Shown here in pieces: positions 10,158 through 18,086 of a stretch of DNA of 32,000 nt. This DNA is from Aquisalimonas asiatica (GTDB lineage Bacteria > Pseudomonadota > Gammaproteobacteria > Nitrococcales > Aquisalimonadaceae). A program made the position numbers and the translations under genes. The notes beneath the pieces were generated by a model. It was not told the origin of the DNA, searched no databases, and was given only the letters and a program-made list of their open reading frames with translations. The DNA lies in assembly GCF_900110585.1 (NCBI RefSeq), contig NZ_FOEG01000001.1, forward strand, positions 219,338-251,337. The letters are read 5' to 3'. Positions within the stretch are counted from its first letter, which is position 1; each line of letters starts with the position of its first letter.

Positions 10158-10614
10158 CGGCATCCACCTGTTGTTGCTGCAGCATCCCGGCGATAGCGGC
10201 CTCCAGCTGGCTGACGTGGTCGACCGCCGCCTGGGAATCGCCAATGGTGTGCATGGTCATGGCGTCGTCCGTGATGCGCACGCACAACGTGCCCGGCATG
10301 AGGTTGATGATGTTCGCAAGGAAGATGCGGCTGCCGTTGGGCGGCAGGCGCCAGACGTAGTCCACCAGCGCCGGGGTCAGCCGCCGGCGCGGATTGAGCG
10401 TGCGCCAGGCTGTATCCACGGCGCCCTGTAACGAGAGCTGCAGAAACAGCCCGACGAACCGCAGCAGGCTGGCGGGGTCGAGCCGCCACCGCTGGTTCGG
10501 TTCAAAGGGGTTGAACAGCGCCGCCACGGCAATGGCCGGCAAGCCCCAGAGCCAGGATCCCGTATCGCCCCCGGTCAGCAGCAACCAGATCAGGGCATAG
10601 GTGGCCAGGCGCAT
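10150..10614 (-). CDS. mrpE: Mrp antiporter subunit E, 154 aa
   Basis: WLLLTGG ... ANIINLMPGTLCV resembles the MnhE family. It is the first gene of the cluster. The start was chosen at ATG 10614 (MRLATYALIW) rather than the ORF-track start at 10782. Confidence 0.75.
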   Translation of the reverse strand: MRLATYALIWLLLTGGDTGSWLWGLPAIAVAALFNPFEPNQRWRLDPASLLRFVGLFLQLSLQGAVDTAWRTLNPRRRLTPALVDYVWRLPPNGSRIFLANIINLMPGTLCVRITDDAMTMHTIGDSQAAVDHVSQLEAAIAGMLQQQQVDADD

Positions 10615-10785
10615 GGCCAGGCCGGAACCGCGCGTCTGGGACCGGAGCCAGCCGTTCAGTCGTGTCCGTTGAATGACCGCCCCCGACGTGTTGACTGGAT
10701 GATCAGGCCCGTGTGTCGGGGAAACCATACCGAAAGCCGCGCACCCCGGAAAGGCCGGGCACGCCGGGCGGCCGATGCCCACGGC

Positions 10786-11874
10786 TCAGGCGTGTGATCG
10801 CTCCCGCATCCAGGAGAGGACGCTCGGCCAGAGGTCGCGGTGGGCGCTGGCGCCGACCATCATCCCCACGTGCTGCAACGAGACCCCGGGCTCGTCCTCG
10901 TACCAGAACAGGGCCCGGTCGTCCGTGCCCAGGGCGTCGAGGGCGGGCAGGACCGACGCCGGCGAGGCGATCTCGCACTGGCGGTTCAGCACACAGCCCA
11001 CGGGCGCGCGGATATCGGCCGGGCCGACCGCACGGCCGCCGATGGTGACGCGGCGGGTCAGAAACCCGTCCTGCCGGTAGAGAATGGTGACCAGGTCCGA
11101 GAACAGCTGCCGGGGCATGGCGCTCTCGCCCAGGGTCCAGCGCTCCACCAGCAGGTGGGAGCGCAGCCGGTCGGGATGTCCCAGGGAGGAGAGCCAGTCG
11201 GTGACGCGCTGGTAGACGAACGTCTCCGGCGATGCGGTCACGCCGATCAGGTTCAGCATGGAGCCGGGGATGACGCCGCCCTCTCCGGCGTCGGCGGGGG
11301 TGTCGCTGTAGGAGGCCACCACCCGCGCGAGCGCACCGGTCTGCGGTGCGAAGTGCAGCGGGGCGCCGAGCACCACCAGCCCCCGGACCAGCTCCGGGTG
11401 GCCGGCGGCAAACAGCGCCGCCAGCGTGCCGCCCAGGGAATGGCCGCTGAGGAGGAGCCGGTCCTCGCCGGTGTCCTGCCGGACCGCGTCGACGCAGGCG
11501 CCCAGCATGCGGTCGGCGTAATCCTGAAGGCCCAGGGGGGCGTCCGTCCCGGTGGCGTCCGGCCATTCCACCATGTACACGCGAAAGCCCGCCTCCAGGT
11601 GGCGTTGCACCACGCTGGCGGTGGGGTCCAGGTCCCAGATGTCGGGCGTCTTGATCGGTGCCGGCACCAGCAGGACGGCCGGTCCGTCGGCTGCGGCGCC
11701 CGCGTAGCGGCGCACCGTTGCCCCGGCGGCCGTCTGCAGGTGCTCGTAGGGGCTGCATCGCGGGCCGAAGCCCAGGGCATCACAGATGCCGGCCAGCCAG
11801 CGACGCTGGTGGTCCACGGTGAGTAGCGCCGCGTGCAGCGGGGCGAACGTGCGTTGCGGGGTGTCTTCGATCAC
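10786..11874 (-). CDS. Alpha/beta hydrolase related to class III PHA synthase PhaC, with a Ser nucleophile
   Basis: It is collinear with class III PhaC over most of its length (VYMVEWPD..., LQHVGMMVG His region). The lipase box reads SGHSLGG, where PhaC has G-x-C-x-G-G. The start is GTG at 11874. Confidence 0.7.
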   Translation of the reverse strand: MIEDTPQRTFAPLHAALLTVDHQRRWLAGICDALGFGPRCSPYEHLQTAAGATVRRYAGAAADGPAVLLVPAPIKTPDIWDLDPTASVVQRHLEAGFRVYMVEWPDATGTDAPLGLQDYADRMLGACVDAVRQDTGEDRLLLSGHSLGGTLAALFAAGHPELVRGLVVLGAPLHFAPQTGALARVVASYSDTPADAGEGGVIPGSMLNLIGVTASPETFVYQRVTDWLSSLGHPDRLRSHLLVERWTLGESAMPRQLFSDLVTILYRQDGFLTRRVTIGGRAVGPADIRAPVGCVLNRQCEIASPASVLPALDALGTDDRALFWYEDEPGVSLQHVGMMVGASAHRDLWPSVLSWMRERSHA

Positions 11875-11955
11875 GGCCGTCGACCAGTCCGGGGTGGCAG
11901 GACTAATCCCAACTGTAGCCCAGCGGTGGGACGGCGCCAGTGCCGGAGCCGTGCG

Positions 11956-13578
11956 TTACTGGTTCATGGGCGTGCGGAAGTGCTCGTCGAGGCGCTCCAC
12001 TTCGGTGTCGATGTCTTCGTCCGGCTCCACGTCGCTGCTCTCCAGGCGGTGTTGCGCCGTCGGCAGCCGGATCTCGAACTCCACGCCGTTGATATTGAGC
12101 GGCTCGATGCTGACCCGGTGCGCCTTGCGCCTGGGGGCGTAGTCCAGCCGCCAGTGCGGGCGCTCCGGGTGCGCAGGGTCGAAGTGGCGCTGCTTGCCGC
12201 TGGCGGCGAAGTCGTCCAGGCGCTGGGTGTCGTCACTGTCCTCCGGGGTGATCTCCACGCTTTTCAGTGGAGACGTGAACGTCCACTCCCGGGCGCCGTC
12301 GGGCTCGCCGTCGTGGGTGGTGGTGTCCAGCGTTTCGGTGATCACCTCGCCGTCGTCCAGCTCCAGCCGCACGGTATAGCGCGCGGTCGGGGTTTCGATG
12401 TTGTGCACGTCGATGCGGCCTTCGTAGCCCTTCACGATCTCGCCCACGAAGTACAGCCCCAGCCCGCGGCCGTGGTGTTCGTTGGTGCGGCGCGTGGAGT
12501 AGCCGAGCTGGAAGAGGTTGTCGCGGTCCTCGTCGCGGATGTGCGGGCCGCGGTTGTACACGCGCAGGCAGGCGTGGCCGTGTTCCTCGGTGAGGGTGAG
12601 GGCCACGGGCGCGAACGCCTTCTTGAAGCCGCGCTTGTTGGCGAAGAACTGCGCGTTCTTGAGCAGATTCTCCAGCAGCAGCACCAGGTGGTTCTCGTTG
12701 CCCAGCAGCTCGCCGGCCGGCTCCAGATGCACGGTCCACTTGCTGTCGTGCAGGGTGTAGCCGGTGTCGTCATCGGGGGCGGGCATGGTTTCGTTGCGCA
12801 CCGCGCCGAGCGCCCGCCAGGCGGCGCGCTGAGGCAGATAGGCCGGCTCGTAGGGCAGGGCGGCGTGGTGGTCACCCTGGAGCTCCCGCTGCACGTAGTG
12901 CTCCTCGCACTCGCACAGGTGGTTGCTGATGTGCAGGGCGAGGTTGTCGGCGGTGGAGAGGTCCAGCAGGTCCCAGAGATAGCGCATGGCGTCCAGGGCG
13001 GCTTCGTACTCCGCCTGCCGGGCGGCGGCGTCCGGGGTGTCGCCGCCGGTTGCGTCCAGCGCCGCGCGGTTGGCGGCGGCTGCATGCTGCAGGGCCGTCT
13101 GCACCTTGTCGAAGCTGATCACGCCGTTGTGGCGCACTTCCGCGGCGATGCTCTTGAAGTGCAGAAACTTCTCGTCGTACTCGATGTACTCCAGCAGCTT
13201 GTCGCTGATGAACAGCTTCAGTTTGTCTGCGTGGCCGGAGTAGGTGTGCGCCTTCATCTGCAGCTGCTTCTTGCGCTCCCACAGCGCGTCGAGCTGGTGG
13301 TTGAGGTGCAGCAGATCGGCCTTCTGGCCGGCGTACTGGCGCCGGTAGCGGCGCAGATCGAGGAGCAGCAACAGAATGAACCCGCCCAGCGCTCCGTAGG
13401 CGGCATCCAGCCGCAGCCATTCGCGCGGGATGTCGTAGTAGGTGGCGAGCCAGGGCTCGTTCACCGCCAGCAGGTAGGCGAGCGCAAGAAGGGCGCCCAA
13501 GGCGCTCAGCCACGGGAAAGTGACCTTGGTGATCCGCGTGGTCGGGCGGCTGATGTCGGCGTCGTCGGTGTCGGTCAT
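11956..13578 (-). CDS. Atypical membrane-anchored sensor histidine kinase (GHKL ATPase), 540 aa
   Basis: It has two N-terminal TM helices with almost no periplasmic loop. The N-box is LLENLLKNAQFF and the G2 box is GRGLGLYF, but the G1 position reads YNRGPH instead of DxGxG. About 100-130 extra acidic residues lie near the C-terminus. The start overlaps the response-regulator stop (ATGA). Confidence 0.8.
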   Translation of the reverse strand: MTDTDDADISRPTTRITKVTFPWLSALGALLALAYLLAVNEPWLATYYDIPREWLRLDAAYGALGGFILLLLLDLRRYRRQYAGQKADLLHLNHQLDALWERKKQLQMKAHTYSGHADKLKLFISDKLLEYIEYDEKFLHFKSIAAEVRHNGVISFDKVQTALQHAAAANRAALDATGGDTPDAAARQAEYEAALDAMRYLWDLLDLSTADNLALHISNHLCECEEHYVQRELQGDHHAALPYEPAYLPQRAAWRALGAVRNETMPAPDDDTGYTLHDSKWTVHLEPAGELLGNENHLVLLLENLLKNAQFFANKRGFKKAFAPVALTLTEEHGHACLRVYNRGPHIRDEDRDNLFQLGYSTRRTNEHHGRGLGLYFVGEIVKGYEGRIDVHNIETPTARYTVRLELDDGEVITETLDTTTHDGEPDGAREWTFTSPLKSVEITPEDSDDTQRLDDFAASGKQRHFDPAHPERPHWRLDYAPRRKAHRVSIEPLNINGVEFEIRLPTAQHRLESSDVEPDEDIDTEVERLDEHFRTPMNQ

Positions 13579-14384
13579 GTCTCGGCTCCCTTGACCGGCC
13601 GCCAGCAGTAGGCGCCTTCGTCGCCGAAGGTGACGATCCCTTCGCCGCCGTCGCAGATGGCCTGGAAACGGCCGTCACCGCCCATGGCCTGGTCGAACGC
13701 GCGGCGCAGGGTGCGGATGTGCTGGCGGTAGCTGGCGTAGGAGAAGCGGGCCGTGTCGGTATCCAGATGCTCCGCCATCTGCTCGGTGGTCACGGCGCGG
13801 GGCGAGGCCTCCACCAGATAGCGCAGGATCTTGCGCGGCATGGGCGCGAGCGGGCGTTTCGCATTGGCCGGGTTCATGAGCTTGCTGCCGCGCCAGTACA
13901 CCTCCCAGGTCACGGTATCCAGGGAGAGCTCGCCGCTTTGCAGCACGTCGCCGGACTGCGCCGGGCCGGGCTGGCGCATGTCGCTCTGGCGGAGCGCCGC
14001 CTTGATCCGCCAGCACAGCACCTGCTCCACGTTGCGCTGATGTTTGGCGATGAAATCCCGGGCGCCCGAGGTCTCGAACGCCTGCTCCTCGATGCCGGTG
14101 CCGCTGTGCTCGGAGAGGTAGATGATGGGCAGGTCGGGCCACTTGCGCTGCAGCGCGCGGGATACGGAAAAGCCGGCGGCGTCGTTGCCGTTCATGTTCG
14201 CGTCCAGCAGGGCGAGATCCGGTGCGCCGTCGTCGCCCACCTGGCGGATGTGCTGGCAGGCGGCCTCCGCGAACTTGAACACCTGCACCTCGGTCGGCGC
14301 GGCGTCAAACGCCGTCTCCTCCAGCACCGGCCGGAATCGCTCGATCCAGTGCAGCTGGTCTTCCACCCACAGAATCACCGCCAT
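13575..14384 (-). CDS. OmpR-family response regulator (REC plus winged-helix), 269 aa
   Basis: REC motifs are present: ILWVEDQ, LALLDANM and FIAKH. The C-terminal segment LSLDTVTWEVYWRGSKL...PMPRKILRYLV...HIRTLRRAF is Trans_reg_C-like. The start was chosen at ATG 14384. Confidence 0.85.
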   Translation of the reverse strand: MAVILWVEDQLHWIERFRPVLEETAFDAAPTEVQVFKFAEAACQHIRQVGDDGAPDLALLDANMNGNDAAGFSVSRALQRKWPDLPIIYLSEHSGTGIEEQAFETSGARDFIAKHQRNVEQVLCWRIKAALRQSDMRQPGPAQSGDVLQSGELSLDTVTWEVYWRGSKLMNPANAKRPLAPMPRKILRYLVEASPRAVTTEQMAEHLDTDTARFSYASYRQHIRTLRRAFDQAMGGDGRFQAICDGGEGIVTFGDEGAYCWRPVKGAET

Positions 14385-14481
14385 GGCGCGCCCGTACTCC
14401 CTTGGCAACAGCCCCGCAACGTAGCACGCCGGCAACACCGCCAGACGTGACGGCCATCAACCCTCGCGCATCCCATTCCCG

Positions 14482-14507
14482 GTGAACAGTGTTCACGGAT
14501 TTTTCAC
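14482..14507. promoter_or_regulatory. Candidate response-regulator operator in the divergent promoter region
   Basis: There is a perfect 15-bp palindrome GTGAACAGTGTTCAC (14482-14496). A third TTCAC half-site at 14503-14507 lies 11 bp (one helical turn) after the TTCAC at 14492-14496. Confidence 0.3.
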
Positions 14508-14588
14508 CAGCGCGCGGGAGACTCCACTCAACGCTGAAGACGGGCCCGCCCGTCAGGGGCGCCACTACAACAACCATACAGGCACAGG

Positions 14589-16112
14589 GTGATCATCATG
14601 TTGGCTGACATACTCTACATCTGGTCGGATTCGCCGGGGCTGTCACTGGCCATCTGGCTCGTGATCGGCATAACCGTGTTGTACCTGGGGCGCCCCCACG
14701 CCCACCACGTGCTGCGTGGAACCGGGCGGGCCATCGACGGCGCCCTGCGACTGGCCGCCGCCAGCCTGCGGCAGCTCGAGAAGCGGGTGGCGAAGCGCAA
14801 CCGCGACGTGCTCCTGGCCGTGGGCCGGGAAGAGGCCGAGAAGGCCATCGAGCGGGAGTTCACCCGCGTCAACGCCATCGTCGAGCGCGAGCTCAGCCAC
14901 TACCCGGCGCTGCACCGCAAGCTCGCCGAGACCATCGAGAAGATCGAGGGCGACTACCAGGCCTCCACCGATCAGGCGCCGTTGCCGCCGGACTGGTCCG
15001 AGCTCACGTCTACCATCTCCTCGCTGCCCAGCTCCGGCGATCCGGCCGTGGGCAAGATCCTGGAGAACATTCGCGAGGCCGTGGAGAACTCCCACAAGGA
15101 GACGCTCAAGGCCTACCAGAAGAGCGTGAACGAGCGCCACAAGATCCTGCACGGCATGCAGGGCGACTGGCGCACGGTGAGCACCACCATGGACAAGGTG
15201 CAGACCACCATCACCGGCCTGGAAGAGCGCGCCGCGGCCATCGACCGCCACATGGCCAACTACGAGGCAATGCGCCGGGAAGACGACAAGGCCGTGCACG
15301 CGCTCACGGCGTCGTCGGTGACGCAGTTCTTCATCGCCTCCCTGGTGCTGGTGATCGCCGCCTTCGGCGGCCTCATCAACTTCCACCTGATCGCGCTGCC
15401 CATGTCCGAGATGGTGGGCGGGGCGGCCTACATCGGCTCCATGCGCGTGTCCGACATCGCCGCGCTGGTGATCATCATGGTGGAGATCTCCATGGGGATA
15501 TTCCTGCTGGAGGCGCTGCAGATCACCAAGCTGTTCCCCATGATCGGCCGCATGGACGACCGCATGCGCAAGCGCATGGCCATCGCCGCGTTCACCATCC
15601 TGTTCATCTTCGCCAGCATCGAGGCCTCGCTCGCCTACATGCGGGACCTGCTGGTGATGGATCAGCAGGCGCTGACCCAGTCCCTCGCGGGCGGTGCGGC
15701 TGCCGAGGCGCAGTTCCGCTGGATTCCGTCGGTGGCGCAGCTTCTGCTCGGGTTCATCCTGCCGTTCGCGCTGGCCTTCGTCGCCATCCCGCTGGAGGCG
15801 TTCATCAACTCCCTCCGCACGGTCCTCGGGCTGCTGGTGCTGGGCGTGGTGCGTGTGCTGCCGGTGGTAGTGCGGCTCGCCGGCGGCGTGGCCAGCCACC
15901 TGAGCAAGGTGCTCGTGAGCCTCTACGACCTGCTGATCATGCTGCCGCTCAGCATCGAGCGGATGATCGCCCACCGCCGTGAAACCGCCCATGCGGTGGA
16001 CGAGGACGACACCGACGCGGACACCCCCGCGAAACCGAAGACCAAGCGCCGCCGCCGCGCCAGCAGCGATGCCGACACGGACGACACCCAGCTCACCGAA
16101 CGGGAGGCCTGA
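14589..16112 (+). CDS. Multi-pass membrane protein with a long N-terminal coiled-coil-like cytoplasmic region; function unknown
   Basis: The 507-aa ORF has coding-like composition. It has one N-terminal TM, about 200 aa of charged helical sequence, at least 5 TM segments, and a K/R- then D-rich tail. The start is GTG at 14589 or ATG at 14598. Confidence 0.75.
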   Translation: MIIMLADILYIWSDSPGLSLAIWLVIGITVLYLGRPHAHHVLRGTGRAIDGALRLAAASLRQLEKRVAKRNRDVLLAVGREEAEKAIEREFTRVNAIVERELSHYPALHRKLAETIEKIEGDYQASTDQAPLPPDWSELTSTISSLPSSGDPAVGKILENIREAVENSHKETLKAYQKSVNERHKILHGMQGDWRTVSTTMDKVQTTITGLEERAAAIDRHMANYEAMRREDDKAVHALTASSVTQFFIASLVLVIAAFGGLINFHLIALPMSEMVGGAAYIGSMRVSDIAALVIIMVEISMGIFLLEALQITKLFPMIGRMDDRMRKRMAIAAFTILFIFASIEASLAYMRDLLVMDQQALTQSLAGGAAAEAQFRWIPSVAQLLLGFILPFALAFVAIPLEAFINSLRTVLGLLVLGVVRVLPVVVRLAGGVASHLSKVLVSLYDLLIMLPLSIERMIAHRRETAHAVDEDDTDADTPAKPKTKRRRRASSDADTDDTQLTEREA

Positions 16113-16115
16113 GCC

Positions 16116-16835
16116 ATGCTGACCAACACCAACCAGACGCAGACCGCATCCACCACCCGGCCCAACGCCCGCCGCACGCGGCGGGGCCTGGCCCTGGCCT
16201 TCTGTGCCGCCGTCGCCACCGCGCTGAGCGGCTGCGGCGACCCGGCCAACAACAGCCGCGCCGCCTTCGTGCTGGTGGATATCTCCGAGAACTACGCCAG
16301 CGAGATGGAGAAGGCCCGCACGCTCACCAACCACCTGCTCGCGCAGATGGAGAGCGGCGATTCCCTGGCCATCGGCTTCATCGATAACAGCAGCTACTCC
16401 GAGCGCAACATCATCGCCAGCGCCGAGTTCGACCACCGGCCGAGCGTCGCTACCCAGCAGAAGCGGGAAGTGCGCGCCGACCTGGATGCCTTCCTGGAGC
16501 GCTTCCGCGTGCCCAGTGCGCACAGCGACATCACCGGCGGCGTGTTCCTGGCGCGGGACTTCCTCAACGAGGCCAACGCCGGCGAGCGTCAGCTCTACAT
16601 GGTCTCCGACCTGAACGAAGACCTCATGCCCGACCTCAAGCGCGACATCCCCCTGAACCTCAAGGGTGTCGACGTGGTGGCCGTGAACGTCACCCGCATG
16701 AGCGGCGACAACCACGACCCGCGCGCCTACGAGCGTCGCCTCGCCGACTGGCAGGAGCGCATCGAGTCCGGCGGCGGCCAGTGGCGCGTGGCCAACAACC
16801 TGGCACGGCTCGAGGTCGTGACCGCACAACAGTAA
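16116..16835 (+). CDS. Lipoprotein with a VWA-like (variant MIDAS) fold
   Basis: The lipobox is LSGC. FVLVDISEN, SDITGG and YMVSDLNED are spaced like VWA MIDAS elements. GGGAGG lies 8 nt upstream, and the start is 3 nt after the upstream stop. Confidence 0.7.
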   Translation: MLTNTNQTQTASTTRPNARRTRRGLALAFCAAVATALSGCGDPANNSRAAFVLVDISENYASEMEKARTLTNHLLAQMESGDSLAIGFIDNSSYSERNIIASAEFDHRPSVATQQKREVRADLDAFLERFRVPSAHSDITGGVFLARDFLNEANAGERQLYMVSDLNEDLMPDLKRDIPLNLKGVDVVAVNVTRMSGDNHDPRAYERRLADWQERIESGGGQWRVANNLARLEVVTAQQ

Positions 16836-16852
16836 GCAACAGTGGCGAGGCT

Positions 16853-17566
16853 ATGAGCGCACGCAACTACCTCCTGGTCCCAGGCGCCTGGACGGGCGCC
16901 TGGGTCTGGCATTACGTCGAACAGGCGCTGCGCGCACGGAGGCAGAACGCACGCTCCATGACACTCTCCGGCCTGGAAACGCTGGATGGCGACGTCTCCG
17001 CCATCCGGCTCAGCACCCATGTGCAGGAGGTGATGCAGTACATCCACGAGCGCGACCTGCAGGACGTGATCCTCGTGGGCCACGGCTACGGCGGGTTGGT
17101 GATCGGCCAGGTGGCCGACCTCCAGCGCGAGCGCATCGCCCACACCGTGTACGTGGACGCCAGCCTCCCGCGCGACAGGCACTCCATGGTCGACACCATC
17201 GGCCTCGACCCCGCGCACGAAGCCCGGCGCATCAGCGCCAACAACGGCCGCTGGCCCGCACCGGACGCGGAGGCCCTGCAGCAGGAGGCGGGCCTCTCCA
17301 CGGAGCACGCCCGGTTCCTCAGCGAACGGCTCGTGGGCCACCCGGGCCACGCCGTCACCGACCCGGCCGTGCTCGACCGGCCCCTGCACCATCAGGCCGG
17401 GACGGTCATCACCAGCGACACCGCAACCACGCCGGACCACCCCAACCACTGGCGCACCTACCACCTGGACGCCGGCCCCTGGCCCATGCTCTCAGCCCCG
17501 CTGGAGCTAACCTCCCTCCTCACACACCGCAGTGCCGGGCCGGAAGCCGCCTGCAAAGCAGGGTAG
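16853..17566 (+). CDS. Alpha/beta hydrolase (SABP2/methylesterase-like) lacking the nucleophile serine
   Basis: YLLVPGAWTGAWVW and ILVGHGYGG align with the HGxxHGxWxW and VGHSxGG motifs of the family. The nucleophile codon is GGC (Gly) at 17084-17086. Confidence 0.75.
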   Translation: MSARNYLLVPGAWTGAWVWHYVEQALRARRQNARSMTLSGLETLDGDVSAIRLSTHVQEVMQYIHERDLQDVILVGHGYGGLVIGQVADLQRERIAHTVYVDASLPRDRHSMVDTIGLDPAHEARRISANNGRWPAPDAEALQQEAGLSTEHARFLSERLVGHPGHAVTDPAVLDRPLHHQAGTVITSDTATTPDHPNHWRTYHLDAGPWPMLSAPLELTSLLTHRSAGPEAACKAG

Positions 17567-17798
17567 GCCCCGGCGCAAAGCAGCCTCCAAAACACCTGTT
17601 TGGCCCATGGTGCATTCTCCGGTAATGTCTCCAATAGGCAACGCTGGCGGGGCTCGCCATGGAAGCCATTACAAACAGGGGTGAGCCCCGGCTCGTGAAT
17701 AAGAATATTCGGTGGACGACCCTACCTATCCCTACAAGAGTGCGCGAACTGATCATGTCATCGAAAGCTGACAGACAGGAGCAAAACAACATGGTATT

Positions 17799-17862
17799 AC
17801 TGCGAAGCAGCCGCGACTGCGACATAACGAAGTTGATGTCGCAGTCGCGGCTGCTTCGCAGT
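17799..17862. repeat. Perfect 27-bp-stem hairpin with a 10-nt loop
   Basis: ACTGCGAAGCAGCCGCGACTGCGACAT (17799-17825) is the exact reverse complement of 17836-17862. The loop is AACGAAGTTG. Confidence 0.9.
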
Positions 17863-17924
17863 GTCGGTGCTTTTCTCCGCTGTCGTCTTCCGAGCCAAGA
17901 TGGATTGGCTCAAGGATAATTTTG

Positions 17925-18054
17925 GCCTAACTAGCCGTTCGAGCACCACGCCTCGTAGATGGCATTTTGAAGGTGTACCCCGAGGGGCGATTTTGTTGCT
18001 TTTTTTGGTGAGTACTGGAATACGGGCGCGTTGCTCAACTTGCTTACGTTATGC
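17925..18054 (+). repeat. attC-like site 0
   Basis: R'' is GCCTAAC (17925-17931), a perfect RYYYAAC. L'' 17937-17952 pairs with L' 18025-18039 at 13 of 15 positions with one bulged C (17940). R' is GTTATGC (18048-18054). Confidence 0.6.
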
Positions 18055-18086
18055 GCTGGTACGTAATTTGATCTGGAGTCCTGCGG

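Noticed and set aside
14643-16829. A 728-aa minus-strand ORF antisense to the membrane-protein and lipoprotein genes. Similar long antisense or off-frame ORFs occur at 11833-13611 (+), 5884-8007 (+), 3253-4845 (-), 5237-6682 (-), 6734-8353 (-), 10703-11758 (-) and 28964-29938 (-).
   Set aside because: Long stop-free frames are expected by chance at about 70% GC. Their translations are Arg/Gly/Pro/His/Ala-rich low-complexity strings with no motifs, and each overlaps a gene with clear family signatures on the other strand or frame.
17562-17568. GGTAGGC overlapping the hydrolase stop codon, a 6/7 match to GTTAGGC, the cassette start predicted by the R'' GCCTAAC of attC-0. ATTAGGC at 20922-20928 is a similar case.
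   Set aside because: By my estimate a 6/7 match to a 7-mer is expected about once by chance in a few hundred bp, so it cannot be taken as the array boundary despite its suggestive position.
17659-17919. An 86-aa + ORF and the 101-aa minus ORF at 17520-17825 at the left edge of the island.
   Set aside because: Both run straight through the 27-bp perfect hairpin; its palindromic arms give MSQSRLLRS in both directions. Neither has an SD or protein-like features.
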